Below, in pieces: positions 27,836 to 41,788 of a DNA stretch of 64,000 nucleotides. Below the pieces are notes generated by a model, which did no database searches, was not told the DNA's origin, and was given only the letters and a program-made list of their open reading frames with translations. The DNA comes from Octopus sinensis (Eukaryota): assembly GCF_006345805.1 (NCBI RefSeq), contig NC_043001.1, positions 77,996,001 to 78,060,000 of the forward strand. The letters are read 5' to 3'. A program made the translations under genes and the position numbers. Every line of letters begins with the position of its first letter. Position 1 is the first letter of the stretch.

Positions 27836-28207
27836 TAACTGCTGCTCCTGCTGAACCTGCTTCTTCTGTTACATGAGCTTAATCACAAGACAAGCAATTT
27901 TGTAAGGGAAGGAAGTTAGCATACCAAATTCGCCCTTCTTCCGATTTTAATAATAATAATGATAATAATAATAACAATAATAATTTAAAATCCTGGCACA
28001 AGGCCAGCAAGTTTGTGGGATGGGTGGCACTGGTTAATTACATCAACCCTCAGAAAACAGTTCAATTGAGGAAACTGCTCAGTATTATGAGACTGGTACT
28101 TGTGTGTTGCCTAGGAAAGAGACCCTCTAAGAACAGGCGGTAGTTTGCAGTTGCAGAATAAACCGGAGCAAATAAAATCGAGATAATTGAGAAGTAAAAT
28201 GCAAATG

Positions 28208-28270
<63 letters not shown>

Positions 28271-28282
28271 GTAATAATAATA

Positions 28283-29365
28283 ATAAAGACGAAGTGCAAG
28301 TAGGGCCGCCAACAACTGTTAAAGAATTCAATTATGACCTCGGGAGGGACTTTAGCCTTAAGTGTGCTGCAGCAACTTTTGTAAGTGGCTGACGAAAACA
28401 ACTTCCATTAAGACCTACAAGAGAATACTTGGGGATAAACGAAGAAGTTGGTATACAACATGCTACCATGTAAGAAAAAATAAGAAAGGAATATTACAGG
28501 ACAATAAGACTCATATCAAAACCTGAACTCAATTCTAAAAATCGCATCGAAGCCATTAACACCCTGGCACTTCCAATAGTTGAATATAGTTTTAAAATCA
28601 GCTGGAATGTTACAGACCTCCAACGCCTGTATAGGAAGACAAGAAAAACATTAACTTCCAAGAACATGTACCACCCTAAAGCAGATGTTGATCGTCTGTA
28701 CCTAGCTAGAAGTAATGGGGAAAGAAGAGGGATTTAGGTAGAACTGTGCTATAAGACCTTCACAATAGCAATGAACAGATATATATACGGTAGAGAGGAC
28801 TGGACGCTGCGACTTAGGTGCAAACACGAAGGCAGCAAAAAATAACATTTTCTTGTCAAAGACGCTTGCAAATTAACTTTGAAATATCTGAAGAACCTGA
28901 AACCACTGCCACAAGGCAAGCAAAATGGATCCAGCAGACTGCAAAAAGGAACGGGCAGAAACAAACTGAGGAGTGGTTGAAACAGAGGCCTCTGCATGAA
29001 CAGTATATACTTCGAAGTCGAAATGCTGATGTAGATCAAGCAACAACCCACAGTGGTTGAGAAGTTCCGGACTGAAAGCAGAAACCGAAGGTTTCATATT
29101 TGCGGCACAAGATCAAAACTTACAAAAACTACCAGCCTAACGTTCTTCAAAACGATTCTGACACTAAATGCAGATTCTGCGATAAATTTGACGAAACAAT
29201 AGACCATATCGTCCCTGGATGCCGTGTGTTGACACTAAACGAATACAAAAATCGCCACGATAGCATAGGACATTGGAAAATATGTAAACACTACAAAATC
29301 ATCACTGCTTGTTAGTGGTATGAACATCACCCCAAGCAAGTCGTTGCAGGTAAAAATGTGTTGGA
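28283..29365 (+). pseudogene. R4/Dong-clade LINE fragment (late RT + CCHC zinc knuckle), 5'-truncated next to (AAT)n
   Basis: ..YLGINEE..KPELNSKNRIEAINTLALPIVEYSF..YHPKADVDRLYL..WLRSSGLKAETEGFIFAAQDQ..KCRFCDKFDETIDHIVPGCRVL..EYKNRHD: characteristic R4/Dong motifs. Confidence 0.85.
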
Positions 29366-29750
29366 TAGTAGGGCGTGCGTTAGAGTGGGTGGTGAAGTTG
29401 CTTAATGATGATACAGCACTCGTGGCGGACTCGGAAGAACAGCTGAGGAGACTAGTGCCAGCATTTGGAAGTGGGTGTGAGAGGAGAAAACTGAAAGTGA
29501 ATGTAGCTAAGAGTTAGTGATAAAATATTCGAGATATGGAATGGCTGGTTGGATGGGAATGAGTATAAATGGTGTTAGAGGAGGTGAGTACTTGTAAGTA
29601 TCTGGGGTCACATGAAACGATGGATGGGGGATGGGGCTTGGCTTAGGAGGTGGGATATAGAGCGAGGTAGGGGAGTAAGATATTTAAAATTGTGAAAGGG
29701 ATGTTGAGAGATAAAAGGTTGTGCATGAAAGCAAAAAGAGGTGTGTATGA
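29366..29750 (+). pseudogene. RTE-type LINE RT fragment
   Basis: ..LLNDDTALVADSEEQLRRLV..CERRKLKVNVAKS..CKYLGSH.. (the YADD-equivalent and downstream RT motifs). Confidence 0.75.
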
Positions 29751-29828
29751 GTATATTTGGATTCGTATATTTGTACCCTAGTGTCACTTTGATGGGATGC
29801 ACTGCTCTCTCACTCAATAATAATAATG

Positions 29829-29859
<31 letters not shown>

Positions 29860-29873
29860 TAATAATAATAATG

Positions 29874-29941
<68 letters not shown>

Positions 29942-29945
<4 letters not shown>

Positions 29946-30360
29946 GCAAATATTCTGCTCAATACCACAGATTTGCTTGTCAGTTGTTTGACCTTAACCA
30001 GTTGAGCATGTCCCTTAGTGGCTGACGATATGTGCATCTCTGATCACGAGCAGAAGTAGTGGGGGAGCATCATAGCCATGTGTCGAGAGGGATGGGTGGT
30101 TCTTTCAACATCCTTAAACAACCCTTATTCAGGGACCGTTTGAGCGGGATGTTCTACTCAACCTGAAGAAAATTCTAACTGGGCCCCACCTGCAAGGTCA
30201 TGTGCTGTTTATCTTGATATGAGATCACCATGTCGCGCACATATGGTTGTGATGCATGTGCCTGGTGTACCTTTATCAGACGGGTAGTCATGATGGGTAT
30301 ACTGGGCTTCGTATATTTTACCCAGTGTCACTTTGATGACATGAACTGCTCTCTCACTCA
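29942..30360. mobile_element. Second copy of the (AAT)n-bounded element
   Basis: High similarity to 23715-24170. Confidence 0.75.
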
Positions 30361-30363
30361 ATG

Positions 30364-30408
<45 letters not shown>

Positions 30409-30931
30409 TAATAATAATAATAATAATAATAATAATCATAATAATAATAACTGAAGAGGGAGGTGGAGAGGGAGAAGAAGAAGAAAAAAAGGAAGAGGAA
30501 GACGTAGGAGTAGAAAACGATGAAAAACATGAAGGACCAAAGAAATATATTGGTACTTGCTGAGAAGTGCAAGAGTGAATGTTCGTTTACAATAATTGCT
30601 GGATACAGCGTAGGAAGAAAGACATCTTAGCAGAAAACTATTAAAGGTTGGCCATTCTTAAGTAATAATGTATCTACCAGTAAGTTTGATTTATAGCTTT
30701 CATGATCTGTAAATTTTGATAGTTTTATGGAATGCCACATGGAAAAGAGTGGCTGTATTAGGGCAAAGGAAAATGTGTCATTTTCTGATACACCTACATT
30801 ACTCTGGAGTGTACAAATTTAAACAGAGCGTGACATGAATGCTGAACGAGGAAGATAATGTCCGCAACATTCTCGAAAGTCAGTGATTCTTAATATCGAT
30901 GTCGGAGACATAGCAGGAGTTAAAGTATCTC

Positions 30932-30962
<31 letters not shown>

Positions 30963-31292
30963 AAGATAAAGCATAAAAAATAAAGTAATAAATAATAAAT
31001 AAGATAAATGAAATAAAGTAAATAAACAAGTAGAATAAAAATTAAAGAAGATATCGGATTAAAAGAATGTGAATATATAGATAACCCATAAAACGGGGAC
31101 TTAATAAAAATATTCCTAATAACAATCTATCAACTTTTATCTTTTATCTTCTGTCATTGAACTGCGACCGTACGGCAGCATCAACTTGAAGGACTCTTTT
31201 GCAGACCCACTAAGCAACGGGGATGAAAGCTCACCAATAAAGGGCATCAAACATAGGCACAAAGATTCACCCCCACTCCACACCCAACTACA

Positions 31293-31447
31293 CACAGAAG
31301 TTTCCGTCTACCAAATCCGCTCAAAAGGCTATGATTGGCCCGAAACATCAGTAGAAGACAGGTGTTCAAGATTCCACGTAGTGAGACTGAACACGGAACC
31401 ATATGGTAAAGAAGCAAATTTCTTACTGCGCGGCTACGCCGCTGTGT
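31293..31447 (-). mobile_element. tRNA-derived SINE family B (diverged)
   Basis: agtttccgtctaccaaatcc..agtagaagacaggtgttcaag.. Confidence 0.65.
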
Positions 31448-32186
31448 GCGCGTAAATGTGTGTGTATGTGTGTTTGTGTGTGTGCGTGTGTGCGTGCGTG
31501 TGTGTGCGTGCATGTGCGTGTGTGTGTATGTGTGTGACATGCTTCTTTCTGTTTGTATCTGCAAAAACTCTCAATGGGCTTTGGTCGGCCTGGTACGTTG
31601 AAGCAAACATCTTAGACAGCAAATAATAATAATAATGATTTTCAAGAGAATTGTTACTTAGTTACATTTAAAATGTTCTTTGATTAGTCAGATACGAGTT
31701 TACCTGGAAAGAAACAAGGCAGTTATTGATAAAATGAGTTGAATTTCGAACAGCCCCTGCATGCATCCTTCATAGTCAGCCTATGATCTTGTCATACACA
31801 TTCATATGTGGACAGAAGACGAAAAAAGTTATATCCCGCATTATTTAGGTATTTTCGCCTTTCATTTGCATACATGCGTATAAATCATAGATACACACAC
31901 CCTCACATATGTACGTTACAAACAAAATAATAGAATAAAAAGAGAAAACAAAGAAAACTGAGAGTGTATTTTGTTAATACTCAGCAAATAACCTTTACTT
32001 TACGAGTGCAAAGTCTTTTTTTCTTGAAAAAAAAAAACGGAAATGGATAGGTAAGAGAAGCAAACACAGGAAAAACGGAGGGGAGATAGAATACAACATT
32101 CATGCCAAGCTGATCCATATGTATCTATGGATATATTTATATCTGTTTACATTTGAGATGTGTGTATGCATACACGCATACACAGA

Positions 32187-32224
<38 letters not shown>

Positions 32225-32422
32225 TATGTGAGTATAAATATATATATACACACAAACGTATATGTATATGTATTTATATGTATATATAATATATATGCAT
32301 ACATAAAGATATATACATTTATATATACACATAGTATATATACATATTTATATATATATATATTCATATAGATACATATACATATATATATATATATACA
32401 TAAATGCATATATACGTGTATG

Positions 32423-32453
<31 letters not shown>

Positions 32454-32460
32454 TATATAG

Positions 32461-32491
<31 letters not shown>

Positions 32492-33299
32492 AATATGTGT
32501 GTATATATAGGTATGTAAAAGTTCATACACTCACATGCATACACCATGGTGATATTCTATTCATCATTATCACACACTAAATGACTACGAAACTCACGTT
32601 TAGCTACCCAGTCACCAAAGCATCACAAAACCACGTAAGTATATTTTAAATGTGAACACACCGAAACACCACGGAGATACACTATAACTACCTCCATAAA
32701 AACACTACAGCTTTAAAGATTGGCCACGACCAAAATGTATTTAAAAATTTTATTACGAAATAAAACGAATATTTCAGTAAAGTACTGAGGTGAACTTTCA
32801 ATCGATGGTTTCACTGTTGTCAGAGTTAACGATAAGCTCAATATCATCTTTCTTCTTTATTGTATTTATTTCGGTTTCTACTAGAAATGCTTCTACATAA
32901 ATTTTGGCAAACGGAAATATTTCATAACATTATATAACAGACCTAGCTGACGTTTGACTATGAAGTTCAACTGGAAACATAATATGGTACGTTTCATGAA
33001 TTTGAAATTCTACACATAGAGTTATAAAATATTTCAAATCGATGGTCTATGTGATAATAAGGAATATTGAAGTCTATCAGAGACGATGTAATGATACAGA
33101 ATTCTTGGAAGTAAGGATCAAGCATGTGTCGGAGAAGAATTAATAAACTGTTTACGTAATATATATTACGTGCAGAACACATGCTTTGCCATTTGGGCAT
33201 ATGTACTCAGAGACTTAGAGACAAAGACAAACACACATATGTGTGCTCGCACGCACACACACACACACACATATGTGTGCTCGCACGCACACACACACA

Positions 33300-33364
<65 letters not shown>

Positions 33365-33741
33365 GTATATATATACACACATATATATATACATAAAATA
33401 GATAAGACTGATAGATAGATGAATACATACATACATACATATGTACATAAAAGGTGTTTGGTTCAAATTTGACAGTCTGCATTAAAGTCATAAAATATCA
33501 ACTAGAATATGGTTCGAAGACAACAGATTACTCAAGGTAGACATCCTCATCTTCTAACATGACCCCATACAGCTCCCTAACTTGGCTCATACGTTCCTCA
33601 CTGTGCAAAGGTTTTCGAAAACCTGCATCTTGAACAACAGCTCGGTCATAGTATTGCAAATGGAGAAGGTTGATGACTTTCTCAACATATAGTAATCTCA
33701 TAGATTACAATCAAGGGGAATTAGGGGTCACGAAAGTAGGG

Positions 33742-33870
33742 GGCGGCGAGCTGGCAGAAATGTTAGCACGCCAGGCAAAACGCTTAGGCGTATTTCCTCG
33801 GTCTTTACGTTCAGAGCTCAACTTTCGCTGAGGTCGACTTTGCCTTTCATCCTTTCGGGGTCGATAAATT
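33742..33870 (+). mobile_element. SINE family A, 5' half
   Basis: ggcggcgagctggcagaaatgttagcacgcc..gtcgactttgcctttcatcctttcggggtcgataaa. Confidence 0.8.
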
Positions 33871-34932
33871 AATTAAACACAGATAAAGTGTTTCGTTTAT
33901 GGAAAATTATAATCCTGTACTTATCACTGGGATTTAACTCAGTGTCCCATTTAATGTCCGTGGGTCTCACACTCGCATGAATTATACAATTACTTTCAAG
34001 CCCATCCGTGTAAAATTAGTAGGGAATTGTAAATATTTGAAGGGTTGCATGATAGCAAGATTAGTTGGATAGAGAGCAAGGGACTGAGAAAGGAAAGAAG
34101 CAAGAAGGAAAAAAGCACAAAGAAGTAGAAACAGGGAAAATGAAATAAATTTGAGGAAGAAAAAAGAGAAAGCTATTGAGGAAAGATGGGATGAGGAAAG
34201 AGAGTATGATTTTAGAGAAGAACAAATAAAAGAAAGGAGAAGGCGGTAAAAAAAATCAAAGAATATAGAGTGGGACGTGAATTCAGTTGAGGAAGCAGAG
34301 GATTTCATGCTCTAAAGACACACTAAATATTGAAAGATTTAGTGGTATATATGTTCTGTGGTACTTTGTACCTGAGTATGAATTTTTTCTCGTGTATACT
34401 ACGGTTGAAAATTTTCAGCTTTCTTTTGACTTACGAAATTGGTTTCTACAAATTATGCACATTTCTTTCCTTTCCGTCAATGCAGTCTACAGCTCATATT
34501 TGTATTCAAGTAGGCTCTATATTTTTGAATGATCATCTTCTGTTTAGTAAACTCTCTAACGTTCTCTGTTTGTTGTCAGATCTAGACTGCAAGGTATGCT
34601 ACATTCAGCTTTGGCATTTTCTTAAATAAAGCAGTGCGAAAAACGCCCAATCGAAATACCCTTAAGCTTCTCATATGTATTGTTTAAGGGTGGTATTTTA
34701 GATCCATTCCTTAGATAATTTCCTCGGTATTCAGTTCTGGCTCGCTGTAGGATACCTGCATGTACATCTAGTTTAACAAGTGGAGAAGTATCTGCAGGAG
34801 GCGATTTCTCTCATCTTTGCGATACAGTACTTTGTGAAAAGTCATCTGTATGTGTTCTATTACATCAAGGAAGATTTTATCGTCTAGTGATAAGAATATA
34901 TATATGTATAAGATATCTATATGTATATGTAA

Positions 34933-34969
<37 letters not shown>

Positions 34970-35186
34970 GCGTGTATGTGTGTACCTCTGTGTGTGTGTG
35001 TGTGTATAAGTATGGATATATACATGTATACAAATCTGAATATACACATATGTATATATATTCATATATATGTATATTTGTATGTATATATATATATATA
35101 TACATATATTTATATATATGTGTATGTTAGGCGAGTATTTATATATATATATATGTTAGGCGAGTATTTACACACACACACACACA

Positions 35187-35251
<65 letters not shown>

Positions 35252-35976
35252 GTGTGTGTGTGTGGGTGTGTAGAATATCGATAATCATTGAAGGCTTAGG
35301 TATTTGAATATCAGTGACCCTGAAAGGAAGTCAATGACTGAGATAAAATCATAGCTATATAAATCTTGTTGTTGCTCTAGGAGAAATCCAAGATTGATAC
35401 AACGAGACCTGAATATCTGAGCAATTGCGAGGGACCTAATAGCGTGCAGACGATGTTTCTTCATGTCATTTTTTTTTCGAGCTGATGGAAGGGAGATAAC
35501 ACAGACTTACTCCTATTGGTAGATGAATTCGATGTCACTATTTAACTTGCCTGCGGATGTGGGATGGCTAAGCAGCGATAATGAGGAACAGAGGGTCGGT
35601 TCATTTCCGTAAGAAAGGGTGTTCTTCGACTTGACATCATGTAGGTGATTTATGTATCGTAGGAGAGGAAATAGAGTGGGAGCAAACTCGAACTCAGCTT
35701 AATCTAGAGAAACTGGAAAAGTGTATACATTTTACAACTACAGATTACAAGCAAAACAGTAAACAGACGTAAGATATTTTAAAAGTTCAACGGCTTTATC
35801 TTCCCTGCTGTTGTTATCAAAATTCCATCAATGAAAATATGTGTCTTTGTTAGAAATCAATGCATTCTTTATAGAAATAAATTAAAAAACGTCTGATAAT
35901 TCGGGCGCGCGCAGACACACACACACACAAACACAAATACACATTCATATACATACACAAATACACCACACAACAC

Positions 35977-36042
<66 letters not shown>

Positions 36043-37995
36043 TATGAATGTATATATGTATATAGTGCTGTCTGCAATATTTAATTATGTTTTCAATTAA
36101 AAACAAAATATATAATGAAAGCATAGATCTTTTGACTTGTTAACATTGTCATCTAATCTCTGTCTGACATTTTAAATCTATCATCAACCTTCAGTCTCCC
36201 CGTTTCTCTTTCGCTCTCCCTCTCTTTCTCTCCTTCTTTCACTGGCATGTTATCTCATCTATCACCACCCATTTCCACCATATCCCTCCTTCTTGTATCA
36301 GCTTACCGAATCTATAGTCCGTCAAATCTCACAATATTGCAGATTCTATCTCTCATTCTCTCCATCATTCTCACCTTTGCTTACTTCGCCAGTGTATCGT
36401 CGTAACCATCATAAGCAACACCATAATCGCCATCTTTATCATCATCATCATCATTACTATAATCCTCATCTCCATAAATGTTGTCATCTTCATTACCATC
36501 ATCATTATCGTTATCGTCCTGATCGTTGTGAACGTCATCATTATCGCCATCACCGTCGCCGTCGTCGTCGTCATCCTCCTCCTCCTCCTCCTCCTCCTCC
36601 TCCTCATCATCATCATCATCATCACCATCATCATCATTGTGGTGTCTACTGCGACGATGACTGTCCATATGAAAAGTCAAGTGTCGTAATATGAAAAGTG
36701 GTAACTTACATCTGTAGCCCTCTCTTCAGTGCTGCTGTCATACAATTTTGGGTATCACACTTTAATCTCCTCACTTAATCTAAAATAAAATTGTTGTATC
36801 TCTAAGACAACCCGACTTTTCTTACCGTTAACCAGCTGCGAGTAGAATATTTTTCTTTGTAATCAATTTTTCTCTTTGTATTGGACAAGATAGAATTAAA
36901 GTGTGTCCTCTGAATCAATACTCTTCCATATCAGAGCGCTTGACTTTCTTTAAACGGATAGATCCCTGATCGTATCTTTCCAAGTAATACTCATCACCTG
37001 TCTCAGGTAGTTCAGTTATAATACACAAATAACTATTCTTCTATTTGCTGAATCTAATCCACGAGAGTGATCCTAGATTAGCGTAACTAATACAGGGAGT
37101 GGCAGAAAAAACTTCTCTTGTTTTACAAGGCCATTGATGTGGCGTTAGTAAAGCGAGGTAGGTGTTAAGCTAAAAGTAGGTTACGGCGATGAGTTTTGCA
37201 TTTGATCCGAAATGAAGGTGCAAGTGGCTGAATATTCCACAAACATGCGTAGCTCTCATAGATTTTCAACATTACTCAGATACAACACATTTTTGTTGCT
37301 GAGTAGACTGGGGCAACATGAAATAAAGTGTCTTCTTCAAGGACACAACGCGTCATCAGTAGTCGAACTCATGCCCTAACGACCGTGAGCAGAAATCCCT
37401 AACCACTAGGCTATTTGCCTCCAGATAAGACGGTGGCAATGTTGTTTGAATGTAACTAATGTTTTAACATTTTTTCATAGCTGTTATCATGTGTAAACCG
37501 GTGTACACCGAACATTTGTTGTTGAAATATTTATTGACAATCTACTGAATGTCTTAACTTACTTGGGCGAATTTAGAATCGAATTGTCAACGTGGCTGGT
37601 CTCTTTTATCTACTCGCGTCTGCATTCTATCTTTTCTATAAACACATTCATGGTCATTGCCCTGCTGAAATTTTTGGTATAGTACTCTCTCAAAACCTTT
37701 AAACGTGTCATCCACTTCTATTTCCATCATAGATCATGCGCATAAGAAAGCACAATAAAATGCATAACAAATAATTTAATTATTACATATATAGTACAGA
37801 TATTACATGTAAAATAAATATATAACACATATATATCGCATGTACAAAATATAAATAATGCGTATATATTACATGCATAAAAAACAGCCTACGTACAGTG
37901 ATAGTCAATAAGATAGAAATAAAATTGAAAAATTTATTCTTACTGTGTGGCAAGGTACCAAATGATCTAGAACCTATTTCTTTACTGCGCACATG

Positions 37996-38038
<43 letters not shown>

Positions 38039-38121
38039 TTAGAGACAAAACCACTATTTTGCAAAACAAACAAGGAAAGACTTAATCATACATAAAATTT
38101 TAATAATAGTCAAAAAAGCCG

Positions 38122-38164
38122 CCACTACAATCGTTTCTTGTCTTGATCGACAATCTTCAGGTGG
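38122..38164 (-). ncRNA. Minimal type I hammerhead ribozyme
   Basis: Minus strand CCAC-CTGAAGA-TTGTC gatcaa GACAA-GAAA-C gatt GTA-GTGG. Confidence 0.8.
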
Positions 38165-38513
38165 ACTTCCAATTAGTCAGTTTAATCGACCCCGAAAGGA
38201 TGAAAGGCAAAGTCGACCTGGGCAAATTTGAACTCAGAACGTAGCGCGGCAGACGAAATACTGCTAACATTTCACCCGGAGTGCTAACGTTCTGCAAGCT
38301 CGCCGCCAAATTCTAGAACCTGGTGGGTTGGAAACTGTTGGTCTCAAAATATAGAACATGAGCACTTTTATCGTGGATGAATCAAGGTCACTTTTCACTC
38401 TTACTTCTCTTTAACGATCTTAGTAATGATGAGGTCAGCAGGAAAATTTCCCTACTAATTTAACAGCTCTTCACGTATTTATTAATAATATCCAACCATG
38501 ACTAATTGGAAGT

Positions 38514-38556
38514 CCACCTGAAGATTGTCGATCAAGACAAGAAACGATTGTAGTGG
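38514..38556 (+). ncRNA. Minimal type I hammerhead ribozyme
   Basis: CCAC-CTGAAGA-TTGTC gatcaa GACAA-GAAA-C gatt GTA-GTGG; intact core, 5-bp stem II, GUA cleavage triplet. Confidence 0.8.
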
Positions 38557-38765
38557 CGGTTTTTTTGACTATTTATTAAAATTTTATGTATTGATTAAGT
38601 CTTTCCTTGTTTGTTTTGCAAAATAGTGGTTTTGTCTCTAATAATATTTTATAATATTTTACTATAAAATTGGATTTAATCCTAAATCTGATTTTTTTCC
38701 CTGTAAATTTGGATTTATTCCCTAATATTTATTATTATATATATATATATATATATGAATACATG

Positions 38766-38796
<31 letters not shown>

Positions 38797-38868
38797 GAAT
38801 ACATGTATATATATATATATATATGCCACAAACATGCATACGCACGTCTACCATTGTCTTTCTCACAG

Positions 38869-39054
38869 AAGGACAGACAAACGGATTAAGTCGATTATAT
38901 CGACCCTAGTGCGTAACTGGTACTTATTTAATCGACCCCGAAAGGATGAAAGGCAAAGTCGACCTGGGCAGAATTTGAACTCAGAACGTAGCGGCAGACG
39001 AAATACTGCTAAACATTTCACCCGGAGTGCTAACGTTTCTGCAAGCTCGCCGCC
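38869..39054 (-). mobile_element. SINE family A
   Basis: Family A sequence; its 5' part plus flank is duplicated at 38181-38499. Confidence 0.85.
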
Positions 39055-39838
39055 AAATGATCTAGAACCTGGTGGATTGGAAACTGTTGGTCTCAAAATA
39101 TAGAACATGAGCACTTTTATCGTGGATGAATCAAGGTCACTTTTCACTCTTACTTCTCTTTAACGATCTTAGTAATGATGAGGTCAGCAGGAAAATTTCC
39201 CTACTAATTTAACAGCTCTTCACGTATTTATTAATAATATCCAACCATTTCATGCTTAATGCTGGAATTAATATCATTCGTGATTATGTTTTTCTCTCTG
39301 TGGAGCTCAGTGAAGATAGTTATTTGTTGATAATGAAGAACTACTATTTTGCTCCCGATGATTATTTATCATAGGAGCGTAAACACGGATTATCGAAGCA
39401 TAAGATTCCATTCCGATGGAAGAGCTTAAACTAATCATCCAACATATAATAATAAATAGTTTCTAGTCTAATTTGGCCGTGATATTTTTTGGTGGGAGTG
39501 CCAACAATAAACACAAGTCTGTTTGTTTCTTACTCCGAAAGAATAATTATCTCATATCCTGGATACTTCTATCTCTGGACAGTCTTGCCTGAGGTCGATC
39601 AGTGTTATGACAATGAGTCTATGAATGTGGTGCTCTTCTCTGTTGAATCAGTCGGTTTTTCACCACTATTCGCAACATCGTAAGGTTATACAGGTGCAGA
39701 TAAAAGATGGCGCTTTTGTATTGAACGAAAGTTTTCCTGCTGCTCGGAACGGTAAACATCAAGCGAAGGCGCGTCTTGCTGCTCGGGCAGAACTCGATTC
39801 GTATACTTTGACTTATTGATTTTATTACATTGAATTAA

Positions 39839-40260
39839 GACGGCGAGCTAGCAGAATCGTTACTGCGTCGGAGAAAATGCTAAGAGGTATTTCACCTGTC
39901 GCTACGCTCTGAGTTCAAATTCCACCGAGGTCGAATTTGTCTTTCAAACTTTCAGGATCGATATATGAAGTACTGGTGAAACACTGGGGTCTATGTAATA
40001 GACTATCCCCTTCCCCAAAACGTGCCTGTAGTAGGAAGGAAATATATAGAAATACATAGAAATAAGGCTGCGAACTGGCAGAACCGTTCCTGCGTCGGAC
40101 AAAATGCTTAGCGGTGTTTCTTCAGAAATGTCACCAAATTCGACTTTACCTTTCATCGTTTCGGGGACCGATAATATAAGTACAAGTGGAGCAATGGAAT
40201 CAATGTAATCCACTTATCCAACTTTCAGATATTGCTGGCCTTGTACCAAAATTTCAAACC
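39839..40260 (+). mobile_element. Two diverged SINE family A copies
   Basis: ggcgagctagcagaatcgtt.. at 39839 and gcgaactggcagaaccgtt.. at about 40068. Confidence 0.7.
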
Positions 40261-40630
40261 TATATCATTACATAGAAATATTTGTAGAGGATTTAAGCCT
40301 GTGAAATTCTCATCTCTAGAGCGTATATAGTTCAATGAGGAGCTAAACAGATGTAAAAGCATGTTGTAGTGAATATAATTAAACTTAACACACTGTATCA
40401 AATCTACCAAATATTGCCCGTGTTACATTAATGCTAAGTGTCTTAGTAAGAAGTTGGTGCATCCCTTTTATGTTCAGTTTGGTTTTCGTGCATGTTTTCT
40501 CCTATGATCATGAATGTTGTTTAATGGCTGAAAGTCTATTATCGCGAATACAAATGACTGAAATGTTTGTAGACGATGACGTACACTATCTATCTATCTA
40601 TCTATCTATCGATACATATGTATAGTATAT

Positions 40631-40718
<88 letters not shown>

Positions 40719-40822
40719 GTATCTATATACATGTGTGTGTATATATATATAGTATATATATATATATATATATATATTAATGTCCCTCGTAGCGTGTGGC
40801 ATGTATGTATAATAATGCCTTC

Positions 40823-40855
<33 letters not shown>

Positions 40856-41243
40856 GTGTGTATGTGTGTGTGTATGTGTATCTATCTCTCTATAAATATA
40901 TATATATATATATCACTATGTGTGTGTACGGATATGTTTATGAATGTGTATGTAATTATGTACATATATGTGCACACAAACACATAGACACACACACACA
41001 CACACATATATGTTATACGTATGTGTAATATGCACGTATACGCGTATATGTGTAATTATATTCTTATGTACGTATAAGTATCCTCCAGTTATTGTTGGCC
41101 GTATGAGAACACAAATTCACACACTTCAACACTTTCGCAAAATGGTTAAGTATAGATATATTTCTTTCTAGAGACGCCCAACCAATCGGCACCGATTAGC
41201 AAAAATGGATCTATATTAATTTCATTTATAGTTCTGATGGTTA

Positions 41244-41314
<71 letters not shown>

Positions 41315-41520
41315 GTGAAATAGAAGATGAATAATCTTGTAGTAGATTAATCAAAAGTTTAACCGATACCTTAGTAGCAAAAAATCACAGCAGTGAACAG
41401 CACGGTTGGAGGTACAACCATCTGCGTTGCAAACCGTGCGTTGGTGCGGATAATTAATTAAAACATTATTGGTGAATTGAAGAAATGGAGCTGAACGCAG
41501 ATTGAACAGAAATCGTTTTA

Positions 41521-41609
41521 TTTCATTCTACACGTGTTTCGAAAGGCACAAAACAAAAAATCCGATTGAATAATGGGACCATATTGTGTCTTTCTCTTCA
41601 GGAAGAAAA
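41521..41609 (-). ncRNA. Type I hammerhead ribozyme (PLE pLTR)
   Basis: Minus strand ttttcttc-CTGAAGA-GAAAGACACAA..TTGTGCCTTTC-GAAA-C acgt GTA-gaatgaaa. Confidence 0.75.
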
Positions 41610-41696
41610 AAGGAAATCCGTTGAAAAACAAAAACAGAACAGAGGCAGAGCAAAAAACAAATCGAACTGTGCTCCTAAGAGCCCATGGCGAAACTT

Positions 41697-41788
41697 TTTT
41701 CTTCCTGAAGAAAGAAAGACACAATATGGTCCCATTATTCAATCGGATTTTGGTAATTTGTGCCTTTCGAAACACGTGTAGAATGAAA
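41697..41788 (+). ncRNA. Type I hammerhead ribozyme with a 2-nt insertion after the core
   Basis: CTGAAGA-aa-GAAAGACACAA..TTGTGCCTTTC-GAAA-C acgt GTA-gaatgaaa. Confidence 0.6.

Larger units (their letters stand above)
38035..38735. mobile_element. Penelope-type inverted pseudo-LTR pair enclosing a captured 319-bp genomic copy
   Basis: Arms about 38035-38178 and 38500-38645 are reverse complements. The right arm continues into a ~90-nt one-sided tail. Both ends lie in (AT)n. Confidence 0.75.

Noticed and set aside
38640-38665. Shared ataatattttataata string between the 38-kb tail and the array unit junction
   Set aside because: Too short and low-complexity to establish homology between the two families.
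39692-39752. Possible plus-strand exon (VQIKDGAFVLNESFPAARN)
   Set aside because: Weak acceptor, no recognisable homology and no partner exons.
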